From: a virus
Lineage: Duplodnaviria > Caudoviricetes
Reading direction: 5' to 3' (one strand)
Virus record (IMG/VR): IMGVR_UViG_3300046738_000023
Location: 1-50,096 of that record
DNA: 50,096 nt
Positions 1 through 9,723 of this stretch are shown here, piece after piece. The position numbers and the translations under genes are program-made. Position 1 is the first letter of the stretch; each line of letters opens with the position of its first letter. The notes beneath the pieces were generated by a model. The model made no database searches, was not told the DNA's origin, and saw only the letters and a program-made list of their open reading frames with translations.

Positions 1-285
1 GCGCCCGCAGACCCCAAGGATACAATCCTGAAGGTGTTTCTCGAGAAGTCCGAGACCGTGCGCAATGTGGACTGGTGGCACTTCGCCGCCACTGTCGACA
101 GCGGCAACCCCCGCGCGGCCATGTACCCGCGTAACCCTTCGGTGGTCCACCTGGAGATCCCGCTCGAGCAGCAGGAGCTCCCGCCGCAAAGCAAGAACCT
201 GAGCTTCGAGGTCAACTCCGTCGGGCGCATCGGCGGCGTCGCATTCGAGTACCCCCTGGGCGCCGTGTACATGGATGGGATCTAA
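1..285 (+). CDS. Major capsid protein, C-terminal part (DUF2184-type, HK97 fold); continues from 49304..50096
   Basis: Frame open from base 1 (APADPKDTILKVFLEK...RIGGVAFEYPLGAVYMDGI*); the GGV..YP...Y.DGI ending is typical of DUF2184 capsids. Confidence 0.9.
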   Translation, partial: APADPKDTILKVFLEKSETVRNVDWWHFAATVDSGNPRAAMYPRNPSVVHLEIPLEQQELPPQSKNLSFEVNSVGRIGGVAFEYPLGAVYMDGI

Positions 286-287
286 CT

Positions 288-665
288 ATGTCCAAGCGCG
301 TATTCACCATCCGGAACAGGACCGCGCACGTCAAGCATCTCGGCCTCACGGGCGGGGAACTCATCACGCTACCGCCCACGATGGAGGGCGCCTCCGGCGT
401 GACCGTGACCCTGGACGAGGCCGACGCAAACGGCATCAAGCGCTTGGCTGCCGCGCTCAAGACGCCGACTGTAAAGGGCTGGCTCGACCGAAAGGAAATC
501 GAGGTCCGGGAAGGTTCCAGCGGCGAACCAGGTTCGGCAGCGGGCGCGCCCACCGAGCCCACTGCGCCCACTGAGCCCCCCGCCCCCAGCGAGCCCACCG
601 CGTCGTCACGTCGAGGCGGTGAGCACCATTTCCCGAGCGTACCCAGATCTCGAGACAAGGGATAA
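288..665 (+). CDS. Hypothetical head-associated protein with Pro-rich tail
   Basis: Directly after the capsid gene; APTEPTAPTEPPAPSEPTA repeat. Confidence 0.65.
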   Translation: MSKRVFTIRNRTAHVKHLGLTGGELITLPPTMEGASGVTVTLDEADANGIKRLAAALKTPTVKGWLDRKEIEVREGSSGEPGSAAGAPTEPTAPTEPPAPSEPTASSRRGGEHHFPSVPRSRDKG

Positions 666-671
666 GGGGCT

Positions 672-959
672 GTGGTGACTGTCGAGCAGATCAAAGCGGA
701 GTTTCCCGAGTTCGCCAACACCAGCGACGCGCTCGTGTCCGCCAAGCTCTCCGACGCGTACGGGCAACTGTACGCGGGCACGTGGGGAACCGCCTACGAC
801 CAGGCCGTGAAGTACCAGGCATGTCACCTGCTCGCGTGTTCGCCCAACGGCGAGTTCGCCCGCCTGGACCCGAGGAAAGAACCCGACGGCGCCACCACCC
901 TGTACGAGCGCCGCTTCAACGAGCTACAGCACTCCATCGTTGCGGCCATGGTCGTGTGA
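672..959 (+). CDS. Head-to-tail adaptor (DUF4054-like)
   Basis: N-terminal TVEQIKAEFPEF, ACHLL and TLYERRF motifs; synteny. Confidence 0.8.
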   Translation: MVTVEQIKAEFPEFANTSDALVSAKLSDAYGQLYAGTWGTAYDQAVKYQACHLLACSPNGEFARLDPRKEPDGATTLYERRFNELQHSIVAAMVV

Positions 960-1468
960 TGAGCGGCGCGACCCTCAAAGTCACCGACAAGGACGCGGGC
1001 TGGGACGCCCTCAAGGAGCGCGTGCTGAAGCTGTCGACGGGCGGCGCGTTCACGCTCGTGGGCGTGCAGGGGCAGCAAGCCGCGGCCGCGCACCACAAAG
1101 CCGCCCGCATGACGGTGGCCGACCTTGCGGTGGTGCACGAGTTCGGTGCTGTGATCAGGACGCGTCACGGTAGCGAGATCGTGATTCCACAGCGCAGCTT
1201 CATTCGCGCCACCATCGACGAGTACGCCCCCAAGCTACAGCGCACCGCGTCAGCGCTGGGACAGGGCGTTCTGATGGGCAAGTTCATGACGCGCCAGGCG
1301 CTCGAGCTGCTCGGGCAGCAAGGCACGGGTCTCATCAAGCAGCGGATCGCCGACCGGATCGCACCGCGCAACGCGGACTCGACGATCGCGCGCAAGAAGT
1401 CGAGCACGCCGCTCGTCGACACCGGGCAACTGCGCGGCTCCATCACCCACCGCGTCGAGGGCGGCTGA
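959..1468 (+). CDS. Neck / virion morphogenesis protein
   Basis: ATG overlaps the upstream stop; VHEFG..IPQRSFIR and KKSSTPLVDTGQLRGSI motifs. Confidence 0.8.
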   Translation: MSGATLKVTDKDAGWDALKERVLKLSTGGAFTLVGVQGQQAAAAHHKAARMTVADLAVVHEFGAVIRTRHGSEIVIPQRSFIRATIDEYAPKLQRTASALGQGVLMGKFMTRQALELLGQQGTGLIKQRIADRIAPRNADSTIARKKSSTPLVDTGQLRGSITHRVEGG

Positions 1469-2031
1469 TGGATTGGCAGCTCCTTCACGACGGGCTCAGG
1501 GCATGGTTCGCTGACGTCAGCGGCGTGGCCATCAATGACATCGCGTGGGCGGGCGAGCCGGTGGGCATGCGCAACTACCCCATGGCCGAGCTCACGCTCC
1601 TTGGGCAATCAGCCGAGCCCGGCACCGACGAGGTGCGCCGCACCGTCGCGGGCGCGGACCTCGCGGTCGAGGTGGTCGGCAATCGCCGCATGACGCTCAA
1701 CTGCAAGATCATCTCGCGCGATCAGCGCCCGGCCTACCGTGCCTATGCGCTGCTCGAGCTCGTGCGGGGGCGGCTGTATTTCCCGTCGTCGCAAGCGACA
1801 TTCCGGGGGCTCGGGGTGGGGCTGCGCGAGAGCGTTGCACTCGTGGACCTCGGCCGCACCTACGACCAACGCGAGGAGTCGGTGGCGTCGCTGGATGTAG
1901 CGTTCAACTGGGTGAGCGCCCAGGTCGATGTTCCCGTCGGGACCATCGAGAGCGTCGTGTGGGGGGGCACCGTGAAGCGAGACCCCGAGGATCTCGACCC
2001 CATCATCGTCGCCGACCATGCCATTCCCTAG
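1468..2031 (+). CDS. Tail terminator / neck protein
   Basis: Size and position immediately before the sheath gene. Confidence 0.65.
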   Translation: MDWQLLHDGLRAWFADVSGVAINDIAWAGEPVGMRNYPMAELTLLGQSAEPGTDEVRRTVAGADLAVEVVGNRRMTLNCKIISRDQRPAYRAYALLELVRGRLYFPSSQATFRGLGVGLRESVALVDLGRTYDQREESVASLDVAFNWVSAQVDVPVGTIESVVWGGTVKRDPEDLDPIIVADHAIP

Positions 2032-2043
2032 GAGGCGTACGCC

Positions 2044-3363
2044 ATGAGCAGCGTGTCGGAAGTCGTCAACGTAACGATCGAGATCAAGGATGCCGCCGTC
2101 TCGCAGGAAGGCTTCGGCACTCCGCTCATCGCGGGCTATCACACGTACTGGCCCGAACTGGTGCGGACCTTCTCGGACGCCGACGAGATGACGCTCGCGC
2201 CGATGAATATGCCGACCACCCATCCGATCTACCGCACGGCGCTGGCGCTCAAGTCCCAGAAGCCGTGTCCGCCGCAGTACAAGGTCGGCAAGTGCACGGG
2301 CGTCACCACGCAGATCGTCAGCCTCACCCCGAGCGCGCCGACTGCGGGCGAGGTCTTCAAGCTCGACGTCGACGGCGTGGCGGTGAGCGTCACCGCGGGC
2401 GCGACGCCCACCCTGGTCGAGATCACCGCCGCATTGGCTGCGGGCATCGACGACGTGCCGGGCCTGACCGCGGCCGATGGCCCAACCGCTGTCACTGTGA
2501 CGAGCGACGTGCCGGGCGTCGTCCATCGCTACGAGAACCTCTCGCCGAACCTCGCCATTGAGGACACGACCGCCGACTCGGCGACGGGCATCGCGACCGA
2601 TCTTGCCGCCATCCGCGGCTATGACGCCGACTGGTACGGCCTGCTCCTGGACGGCAGCAGCGAGGCAGTCATCCTCGCCGCCGCCGCATGGGCCGAGGCG
2701 CAGCGCGTGATCCTGTTCGTCAATCCCAGCGACTCGGAGATCAAGAGCGGCTCGGTCACCGATGACGTCGGCAGCGCCCTGCAAACCGCTGGCTATAGCC
2801 GGACGGTGGTGCTCTACCACAACAAGCCTGCTCAGTGCGCCGCGGCCGCATGGGCGGGGCGCATGCTGCCCAAGGCGCCGGGCTCTGCGACGTGGGCCAA
2901 CAAGAGCCTCGCGGGCGCGGATAAGTCGCCGCTCAGCGACACCGATCGCGGCGTTCTCAAGGAGAAGAACGTCAACTACTACGTCGACGTCAAGGGGATT
3001 GGCTTCACGCTTGACGGGCGCGCGGCGAGCGGGCGTTACATCGACATCACGCACGGCATCGATTGGTTCGACGCGCGCACCAGCGAGCGCATCGTGGCGC
3101 TGCTCGCCAACAACGACAAGGTGGCCTACACCGACAAGGGCATCGAACTCGTCCGCGCCCAAGTGCTCGGGCAGATCCTCGAGGGCATTAGCGCGACGCT
3201 GATCGACGGCGACTCGCCTTACTCGGTGACCGTGCCGAAGGTCGCCGAGATCAACCCCAACGATCGCACCGCGCGCGTCCTGCCCGACGTGAAATTCAGC
3301 TTCGTGCTGCAGGGCGCGGTGCACAAGGTGCTCATCAACGGCACCGTCCGCACGGCTCTGTAG
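2044..3363 (+). CDS. Tail sheath protein (DUF3383 family)
   Basis: GGAGG SD; GFGTPLI, PGSATWANKSLAG, GRYIDITHGIDW and YTDKGI motifs. Confidence 0.9.
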   Translation: MSSVSEVVNVTIEIKDAAVSQEGFGTPLIAGYHTYWPELVRTFSDADEMTLAPMNMPTTHPIYRTALALKSQKPCPPQYKVGKCTGVTTQIVSLTPSAPTAGEVFKLDVDGVAVSVTAGATPTLVEITAALAAGIDDVPGLTAADGPTAVTVTSDVPGVVHRYENLSPNLAIEDTTADSATGIATDLAAIRGYDADWYGLLLDGSSEAVILAAAAWAEAQRVILFVNPSDSEIKSGSVTDDVGSALQTAGYSRTVVLYHNKPAQCAAAAWAGRMLPKAPGSATWANKSLAGADKSPLSDTDRGVLKEKNVNYYVDVKGIGFTLDGRAASGRYIDITHGIDWFDARTSERIVALLANNDKVAYTDKGIELVRAQVLGQILEGISATLIDGDSPYSVTVPKVAEINPNDRTARVLPDVKFSFVLQGAVHKVLINGTVRTAL

Positions 3364-3374
3364 GGGAGGTTGCT

Positions 3375-3812
3375 ATGGGATTCAAGGACTGGAATATCAA
3401 CGACCTCGCCATCAGCCTCAACGCGATCCCGCTCGACGAGGGCGGCTACGCCGATGATGAGGTCTTCAGCCTCGAGTGGGACGATGCCCAGTTTCTCGAC
3501 TTCACCGGCGCCGATGGCGAGGTCTCGCGGTACGCCACCAACAATTTCAAAGCGTTCGTGACGCTGCGCTACGCCAACACGGCCAGCGCCAACGATCGCC
3601 TGAGTTCCATGCTGCAGACTGATCTCAGCTTGCCCAACGGCGCCGGGGCCGGCGTGTTCAACGCACGCGACAAAGAGGGTCGCTTATTGGTGCTCTCGGA
3701 GCGCGCATGGATCACCGGCTTTCCGGCGTACAAAGCCGGCAAGGCCGTGCAGGTCCTTGAATGGAAGATTCGCCTCGCCGACGCGCGCGGCAGCTTCTTC
3801 GGCGGGCGGTAG
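3375..3812 (+). CDS. Tail tube protein (DUF3277-like)
   Basis: GGAGG SD; 145 aa after the sheath; GADGE motif; C-terminal EW.I. Confidence 0.85.
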   Translation: MGFKDWNINDLAISLNAIPLDEGGYADDEVFSLEWDDAQFLDFTGADGEVSRYATNNFKAFVTLRYANTASANDRLSSMLQTDLSLPNGAGAGVFNARDKEGRLLVLSERAWITGFPAYKAGKAVQVLEWKIRLADARGSFFGGR

Positions 3813-3816
3813 CCTC

Positions 3817-4344
3817 ATGGCGATCGAAGCCCGCGACAGGCGCATCGGCGAGCACACCTACCGCGTCACGCAGTTCGGCGCCAAGCAGGGGCGGGGGCTG
3901 CTCGTCCGCCTGCTCAAGTTGGCCGGGCCGAGTCTCGGCGCCACGCTCAGCAGCCTCGCGCAAGGCAAACACACGGAGGTCGAGGCGGCCCTCGCGGCGG
4001 GGTTGAGCCAGGGCATCTTCGAGCTGGCCGAACGCCTGAACGAGGCTGAGGTGGGCGCGGTGCTCGACGACTTCGCCAAGCAGACCGTCGTCGTGATGGG
4101 CGATCGGGAGCCACGTTTGTCGGACATGTTCGACGCGCACTTCGCCGGCAGGTACGACGAGATGCTGCTCTGGGCGAGGTTCTGCCTGGAGGTGAACTAC
4201 GCCAGTTTTTTCGGCGGATCGAGCGGCGGCCCCGGCCTGTTCGGGCGGATCCAGAACGCGCTGTCAGCATCGCCGTCCCCGAATGCGTCGACTGGGACAT
4301 CCACCGCGTCGCCACAAGCACGAGGTACCGTTCCAGCCTCGTAG
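3817..4344 (+). CDS. Tail assembly chaperone (G-like)
   Basis: Between tube and tape measure; FDAHFAG..LEVNYASFF; slippery site at 4206-4212. Confidence 0.8.
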   Translation: MAIEARDRRIGEHTYRVTQFGAKQGRGLLVRLLKLAGPSLGATLSSLAQGKHTEVEAALAAGLSQGIFELAERLNEAEVGAVLDDFAKQTVVVMGDREPRLSDMFDAHFAGRYDEMLLWARFCLEVNYASFFGGSSGGPGLFGRIQNALSASPSPNASTGTSTASPQARGTVPAS

Positions 4345-4445
4345 AAATCCAAACCGCCTGGTCGATCGACGACCTGTATGAGGCCCACGAGGTGCTGGAC
4401 ATGTATGACGAGCTCGAGCACCTGGCCGCCCGGAGTCGGTCATGA
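4206..4445 (+). CDS. -1 frameshift extension of the tail chaperone (GT-like)
   Basis: T TTT TTC heptamer; -1 frame open to TGA 4443-4445, encoding VDWDIHRV...WSIDDLYEAHEVLD. Confidence 0.75.
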   Translation, partial: FFRRIERRPRPVRADPERAVSIAVPECVDWDIHRVATSTRYRSSLVEIQTAWSIDDLYEAHEVLDMYDELEHLAARSRS

Positions 4446-6229
4446 CGGTGCTGCGCGAGATCGTCGCGCGCCTGGGCTTCGAGGTCGACAAGACCGGGTT
4501 TCAGGCCGCCGAGCGCGGGATCGCTCAGGTGCAAACGCAGCTGGCCGCGACAAGCAAGCGGCTTGGCGTCGTCGGCGCGGCGGCAACCTCTGCGGGCGGT
4601 CGCATGCGCGATACGGGCGGGAAGTTTGTCGCGACGGGCAAAGCTGCGGCCGGCGCCCGGGCGGGCATGGCGGTCGCTACGAGCGGGGCCTCTGCGTTCG
4701 GCGGTGCACTCGGCAAGCTGGTTGCAGCCGCCGGAATCGGGCAGGTGCTCCGAACGGTCGTCCAGCTTGCTTCCGACGCCAACGAGACGGGCAACGTTCT
4801 TGAGCAGGTGTTCGGGGCGCAGGGTGGGGCGCAGGTCAAGAGCTGGTCGGAGACGGCATCGTCAGCGCTTGGGCGGTCGCGCTTTCAGCTCCAGGAGTTT
4901 GCCGGCGGGCTTGGCGCGATACTCGACCCGATGGTGCAGAACAGAGCCAAGGCGCAGGCGATGAGCACGACGCTGTCCACGCTCGCGGTGGACCTCGGGA
5001 GCTTCTTCAACGCGACCGATGAAGACGCGCTCGCCGCGCTGCGGTCGGGGATTTCTGGCGAGTCCGAGCCGCTCAAGCGCTTCGGCATCGTGATGCAGGA
5101 CGCCACGCTCCAGGAGTACGCCCATACGCAGGGCATCAACAAGAAGCTCACCGCGATGAACGTCGCTGAGAAAACCGAGCTCCGGTACCAATTCATCCTC
5201 GCGCGCACCAAGTCCGCGCAGGGCGACGCGGCCCGCACCGCGGGCGGCTTTGCCAACTCGAGCAAGGCGCTCAAGGGGTCCCTGCGCGATCTCGGCACCG
5301 AGATGGGTGTTGCGGTCATGCCCACGCTCGAGCGCATGGTGGCGGGCGCATCCAAAGCGGTGGCGCTGTTCAAGGAGTGGACGAAGGGCACGAGCGTGCT
5401 CCAGAGCGCCATGGTGGTGCTCGGCGCCGCTGCGGTCGCGCTCGGGGCGAGCATGCTCGCCCCGTTCGTTGTGCCGGCGGCCGCGGCGATCGCGCTGATT
5501 TTCATCATCGACGAGCTCTGGAACATGTTCAGGGGCGGCAAGAGTGTCATCGGCGACTACATCGAAGCCGTCGGTGGCCTCGGCACTGTCGACGAAATCG
5601 TCCGCAATCACGCAGCAGGCGTCGACATCCTGGCCGAATCGTGGCGCAACCTGTGGACCGATGCGGACCCATCACGCTTGCAAGATCAGATCGGTTGGTT
5701 CGGCGAGCTCGAGCTTGTCGGCGAGCGCTTGTACAACCTCTACGCCCGCCTCGGGACCGCGATCGCCGACTTCTTCTCCCAGCTGCCCGGCATCGGTGGC
5801 GCCGCGCATGGCCAGCAGCGGGTGCTGTCCTCAAGCGAGCGCACTGTCGGTCGAGGTGTCGGAGCGGGGCTCATGACTCCCAAGCAGGCTCGGGAGCAGG
5901 GGCTCAAAGAGAAGGCCGCCGACATCACCGCAGAACGCAACGCGACGAAGGCTGGGCGTGCGCTTGGGCGAGGCTACGGCGCGCCGGTTGAAGAGATCCA
6001 GTCCGGTCGAGCGACCCCCTCTGCTATTGGGGCCTCGCCAATGGTGAGCGCCCCAACGCCAGCGCCCAGCGCCACCACTCCGCCAGTGGTCGTGCAGTCG
6101 GGCAACACCAACGTCACGGTCAACGTGAGTGGCGGCAATCCCGCCGAGGTTCGCCGCGCCGTGCTCGATGCCCTGGCAGCCGAGCGTCGCAAGAGCAACG
6201 CCGCGCTGGCGCGCCCAGGGAGCGGCTGA
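4442..6229 (+). CDS. Tape measure protein
   Basis: Ala/Gly-rich 595 aa; LREIVARLGFEVD start; SGISGESEPLKRFGI motif; hydrophobic segments. Confidence 0.9.
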   Translation: MTVLREIVARLGFEVDKTGFQAAERGIAQVQTQLAATSKRLGVVGAAATSAGGRMRDTGGKFVATGKAAAGARAGMAVATSGASAFGGALGKLVAAAGIGQVLRTVVQLASDANETGNVLEQVFGAQGGAQVKSWSETASSALGRSRFQLQEFAGGLGAILDPMVQNRAKAQAMSTTLSTLAVDLGSFFNATDEDALAALRSGISGESEPLKRFGIVMQDATLQEYAHTQGINKKLTAMNVAEKTELRYQFILARTKSAQGDAARTAGGFANSSKALKGSLRDLGTEMGVAVMPTLERMVAGASKAVALFKEWTKGTSVLQSAMVVLGAAAVALGASMLAPFVVPAAAAIALIFIIDELWNMFRGGKSVIGDYIEAVGGLGTVDEIVRNHAAGVDILAESWRNLWTDADPSRLQDQIGWFGELELVGERLYNLYARLGTAIADFFSQLPGIGGAAHGQQRVLSSSERTVGRGVGAGLMTPKQAREQGLKEKAADITAERNATKAGRALGRGYGAPVEEIQSGRATPSAIGASPMVSAPTPAPSATTPPVVVQSGNTNVTVNVSGGNPAEVRRAVLDALAAERRKSNAALARPGSG

Positions 6230-6230
6230 A

Positions 6231-6989
6231 GTGGCGATCCGGCACGTCGAGATCGGCGACATCTGGATCGATGTCTCGGTCCGGGAGGGGCACGCCCTCA
6301 CCGCCGAGGTGACCGAGCATCCCGTGGAAACCGGCGTGGACGTGGCCGATCACATCCGGCCCATGCCCGCCACGATTGACATCGAGGGCGTGGTCACCAA
6401 TCACCCCGTCGAGCTTCCCAAGTCGCACGCCGGGACAACGCTCGTCAGTCCGAGCCCTATCGAGATCGAGGGCGAGCCGTCGCTTGGCGCGATCGGGCTC
6501 GTGCCGGGCGCTGCCCAAGCGGCCGCGGTGCTCGGCGCGATCAAGATCGACGTGCGCAGTAAACGCGTGTTCTCGGCCAGCGTGCTGCACTTCACCGAGC
6601 CGTTCGATCGGGTCACCGCCGTGCATGCCGCGCTCGTATCGATATTCGAGCGCCGCGCTCTGGTCACTGTCGTCACCGGCCTTGCGACCTATCAGAACGT
6701 GGCGCTCACCGGCCTGCACATCGAGCGCACGGGCGAAGCGGGCAAGGGGCGCCTGAACTTCGCGGCCTCCGGGCGGGTGCTGCGCGTCGTCAGCAGCCAG
6801 ACGGCCAAGCTCCCCGATCCGGTGGACGCGCGCGCCAAGCCACGCAAATCGCGCGGCAAGCAGTCCACCCAGCCGGTCGCGCCGCCGCCGGCTGGACTGG
6901 TCGCGCCCGGCGACGTCGAAAAGCAGAGCCTGCTCGAGAAGCTCTCGACGCTCACGAGGGACGACATCAAGAAGCTACTTGGGTTCTGA
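6231..6989 (+). CDS. Baseplate / tube-initiator (Dit-like) protein
   Basis: VTEHPVETGVDVADH motif; follows tape measure; GTG start chosen. Confidence 0.75.
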   Translation: MAIRHVEIGDIWIDVSVREGHALTAEVTEHPVETGVDVADHIRPMPATIDIEGVVTNHPVELPKSHAGTTLVSPSPIEIEGEPSLGAIGLVPGAAQAAAVLGAIKIDVRSKRVFSASVLHFTEPFDRVTAVHAALVSIFERRALVTVVTGLATYQNVALTGLHIERTGEAGKGRLNFAASGRVLRVVSSQTAKLPDPVDARAKPRKSRGKQSTQPVAPPPAGLVAPGDVEKQSLLEKLSTLTRDDIKKLLGF

Positions 6990-6991
6990 CG

Positions 6992-7312
6992 ATGGGCATA
7001 CGACTCATTCCAGTTGAGAGTTACCCCGACGCGACGCAGCAGTCGGAACTCGACGGCGTCACCTACACCTTTCGGTTCCGGTGGAACGCGCGGGGCGCCT
7101 GCTGGCACATGGATCTCTCCACGCTCGACGGGACGCCGATCGCGATGGGCGTGCGCCTGGTGACGCGCTTCCCGTTGCTGCGCCGCAACCTGCACCCCGA
7201 GCGACCGCCGGGCGAGCTGTATTTACTCGACGGCCAGGCGCGCGACGGCAACGCGACATACATGGAGTTCGGGTGGCGGTACTGTCTGCACTATATCGAG
7301 GCGCTGTCGTGA
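6992..7312 (+). CDS. Baseplate plug-family protein
   Basis: LDGVTYTFRFRWN...W.MD motif; synteny. Confidence 0.7.
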   Translation: MGIRLIPVESYPDATQQSELDGVTYTFRFRWNARGACWHMDLSTLDGTPIAMGVRLVTRFPLLRRNLHPERPPGELYLLDGQARDGNATYMEFGWRYCLHYIEALS

Positions 7313-8139
7313 CGACGCTCTTTGGTCGCAAGGTGCGCGTCCAGGTTGACGAGTACGTGATCAGCGAGCTCGATGTGGCCTTTGAAATCGTCAAGTCGCT
7401 GTCCCCGCAGACGCCCAACAGCGCCGAGATCCGCGTCTGGAACCTCAACGCCGACCACCGCAAGCGCTTGCAGGAGCTCGAGAAGGTGTTCGTCTCGCTC
7501 GAGGCGGGCTACGTCGACGGCACCTCGCTGCTCTTTCGTGGTGACTTGCGTGACGTGCTGAGCACGCGCGACGGCGCCGACTGGATCACCACGATCACCA
7601 GCGACAGCGGCCGGCGCGCCCGCAAGCGCCGTATCCTCAAAAGCTTTGCACCGGGCGCGACGGTGCAGGAGGTGCTCACCGCGGCCGCCAAGGCCATGGG
7701 CGTGCGCCTCGGCAATACCGCCGCCAAGACCGTCGGCGCCAAGATCCAGGGCACGCAGAGCTCGAGCTTTTTCAACGGCTATGCGCTGGCCGGCGCGATC
7801 GAGCGGGAGCTCGACCGCCTCGCGCGCAGCTGCGGCTTGGAGTGGAGCATCCAGGACGATGAGCTGCAGTTTCTTGAGCAGGGCAAGCCGCTCCAGGAGC
7901 TCGGCATCGAGCTCACCCCGGACACGGGACTCATCGACTCGCCCGAGCCCGGCAACAAAGGGATCACCGAGGCGCGCTGCCTGATGATTCCGGACCTCTT
8001 CCCCGGCCGGCGCATTCAGATCACGAGCGAGCACGTTACCGGAATCTATCGCGCCGAGACCACCAAGCACGTGGGCGACACCGCCGGGCGCGACTGGTAC
8101 GTCGATCTCGAGCTGCGCGATGAGGAACGCAAGCGATGA
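7309..8139 (+). CDS. Baseplate hub protein
   Basis: PNSAEIRVWNL, LEAGY, WSIQD, TGLIDSPE and H.GDT.G.DWY motifs. Confidence 0.8.
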   Translation: MTTLFGRKVRVQVDEYVISELDVAFEIVKSLSPQTPNSAEIRVWNLNADHRKRLQELEKVFVSLEAGYVDGTSLLFRGDLRDVLSTRDGADWITTITSDSGRRARKRRILKSFAPGATVQEVLTAAAKAMGVRLGNTAAKTVGAKIQGTQSSSFFNGYALAGAIERELDRLARSCGLEWSIQDDELQFLEQGKPLQELGIELTPDTGLIDSPEPGNKGITEARCLMIPDLFPGRRIQITSEHVTGIYRAETTKHVGDTAGRDWYVDLELRDEERKR

Positions 8140-8819
8140 GCGTCACACCCTCGGACCTGGACATTCAGCGCGCGGCGATGGAGGCCGCGCTGGCCGACGT
8201 CCACACCGCCATGCCGGCCGAGGTGCTGCGCGTGCATGCCGGCGAGCACGGGCGACAGTTTGTCGACGTGCAGCCCAGTCTCCAGCGACGCGCCCCAAAC
8301 GAGGATGGCGCCATGATCGACGAGACCCTGCCGGTGATCCCCATGGTCCCGGTCGGGTACACGCAGGGCGGCGGGTTCTTTGTTTCTGTGCCACTCGCAC
8401 CCGGCGACTTCGTGCTGCTGGTGTTCGCCGAGCGGTCGCTAGACCAGTGGCTTCAGACCGCGCGCAAAGGCAGCCAGCGGGCTATCACGCCCGGGGACAT
8501 AGGGACGCACGCCCTCGAGGGCGCCGTGGCCCTGCCGTGCGGACCAGCGCCCCGCTCGGCGCTGCTGCAAGGCGTGCACGCGCAGAACCTCGTGATCGGT
8601 GTCGCCGGCGCCACCACCGCCGCTCAGATCCACGTCACCCCGGCGGGGCAGGTGCTGATCGGCGGCCAGCTCGCAGTTCACCCGATGGTGCTCGGCGACA
8701 TGCTCAAGACCTGGTTGTCCGCGCTTACCGTACCCACCGCCATGGGCCCGTCGGGCACCCCGATCAACGCCCCCGGGCTCGACTCGATCCTGTCGAGCAA
8801 GCACAAGCTGAACGGGTAG
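8136..8819 (+). CDS. Baseplate central spike (Gp138-like)
   Basis: VHTAMPAEV, VDVQP and PGDFVLLVFAERSLD OB-fold motifs. Confidence 0.85.
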   Translation: MSVTPSDLDIQRAAMEAALADVHTAMPAEVLRVHAGEHGRQFVDVQPSLQRRAPNEDGAMIDETLPVIPMVPVGYTQGGGFFVSVPLAPGDFVLLVFAERSLDQWLQTARKGSQRAITPGDIGTHALEGAVALPCGPAPRSALLQGVHAQNLVIGVAGATTAAQIHVTPAGQVLIGGQLAVHPMVLGDMLKTWLSALTVPTAMGPSGTPINAPGLDSILSSKHKLNG

Positions 8820-8827
8820 GCGCGGGC

Positions 8828-9277
8828 ATGGCGCTCAACAAGGCCGCGCTCAAAACCGCTCTAGAAACCGCGGCGAGCTCGCCGGCCGCCACGGTCGCGC
8901 TGTGCGCCAAAGCGTGGGCGGATGCCATCGGCGCCTATGCCGCCGGGCTCACGCCCCCTCAGGTGAAACCGGCCACGCTCGTCGCAGCCAAGGCGGCGCT
9001 ACAGACGGCGCTGACGAGCGCCTTCGGCACCACCGGCGCAGCGCCCGCCATGGAGACGGCATTCACCACGTTCGGGGGCGCGCTGGGCGAGGGCATGGCA
9101 CCCGCGTTCATCGCCACGCCCCCGAGCGCCGCGGTCGGCTTTGCCACGCTATTCACGCCGCCGTTTCCGAAGACGCACTCGGACGCCGCCCAGGCCATGG
9201 CCGATGCGATCCACGCCTGGATGACCACCGGGACGGCTGTGCCCGGGACGGGCGGCGCGGCCGTGCCCTGGGCCTAG
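8828..9277 (+). CDS. Hypothetical virion protein (Ala-rich)
   Basis: Follows the spike; MALNKAALK...ADAIHAW pattern. Confidence 0.65.
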   Translation: MALNKAALKTALETAASSPAATVALCAKAWADAIGAYAAGLTPPQVKPATLVAAKAALQTALTSAFGTTGAAPAMETAFTTFGGALGEGMAPAFIATPPSAAVGFATLFTPPFPKTHSDAAQAMADAIHAWMTTGTAVPGTGGAAVPWA

Positions 9278-9281
9278 CGCA

Positions 9282-9320
9282 GGCGCTTGACCCGGTGCTT
9301 GACCCGGCGCTTGACCCGGC
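9282..9320 (+). repeat. Three tandem 12-bp repeats GG(C/T)GCTTGACCC
   Basis: Seen directly; TTGACC at 9287, 9299 and 9311. Confidence 0.9.
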
Positions 9321-9345
9321 AGAAGTCCCCGCATACCAGCGGCTC
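9311..9345 (+). promoter_or_regulatory. Putative late promoter TTGACC-N17-TACCAG, leaderless
   Basis: Shares the 17-mer CCCCGCATACCAGCGGC with 47582-47598; GTG start 6 nt after the -10. Confidence 0.65.
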
Positions 9346-9723
9346 GTGTCGGACCTGGCGCTCGACCCTGCGACTGGTGACCTGGACTTGCAGGGTGGCG
9401 CCGCTCGCCTGTGCGAAGGCGCCGAAGCAGTGGCGCAGCTCTGGGCGTTTCACATCACGATGTTTCGCGGCGAGTGGTTCAACGATCGCTCGCTTGGCAT
9501 CGACTACCAGCACGACATCCTCGAGAAGGGCGTCAGCCCGGCCGTGGTGCGCGCGATCTTCGCGACGGCGACGCGCGCGGTGCCGGGTGTTGCGGACGTG
9601 CGTGATCTGCGGCTTGCCCTAGACCGCACGACCCGCACGTTGACCGTCACGGCCGAGGCGCTGCTCAGCACCGGGCAAGACGCGTCGCTTGGACTGTCCG
9701 AGACGATCGGGGGCTCGTCATGA
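9346..9723 (+). CDS. Baseplate wedge / sheath initiator (gp25-like, DUF2634-like)
   Basis: DLALDP.TGDL and FRGEWF.D.SLGIDY motifs. Confidence 0.8.
   Translation: MSDLALDPATGDLDLQGGAARLCEGAEAVAQLWAFHITMFRGEWFNDRSLGIDYQHDILEKGVSPAVVRAIFATATRAVPGVADVRDLRLALDRTTRTLTVTAEALLSTGQDASLGLSETIGGSS

Noticed and set aside
545-602. Short tandem DNA repeat
   Set aside because: Explained by a Pro/Thr/Glu linker in the protein
1609-3324. Long antisense ORFs (also 29650..31629, 42934..44007 and others)
   Set aside because: Shadow frames of well-supported genes in high-GC DNA; no motifs
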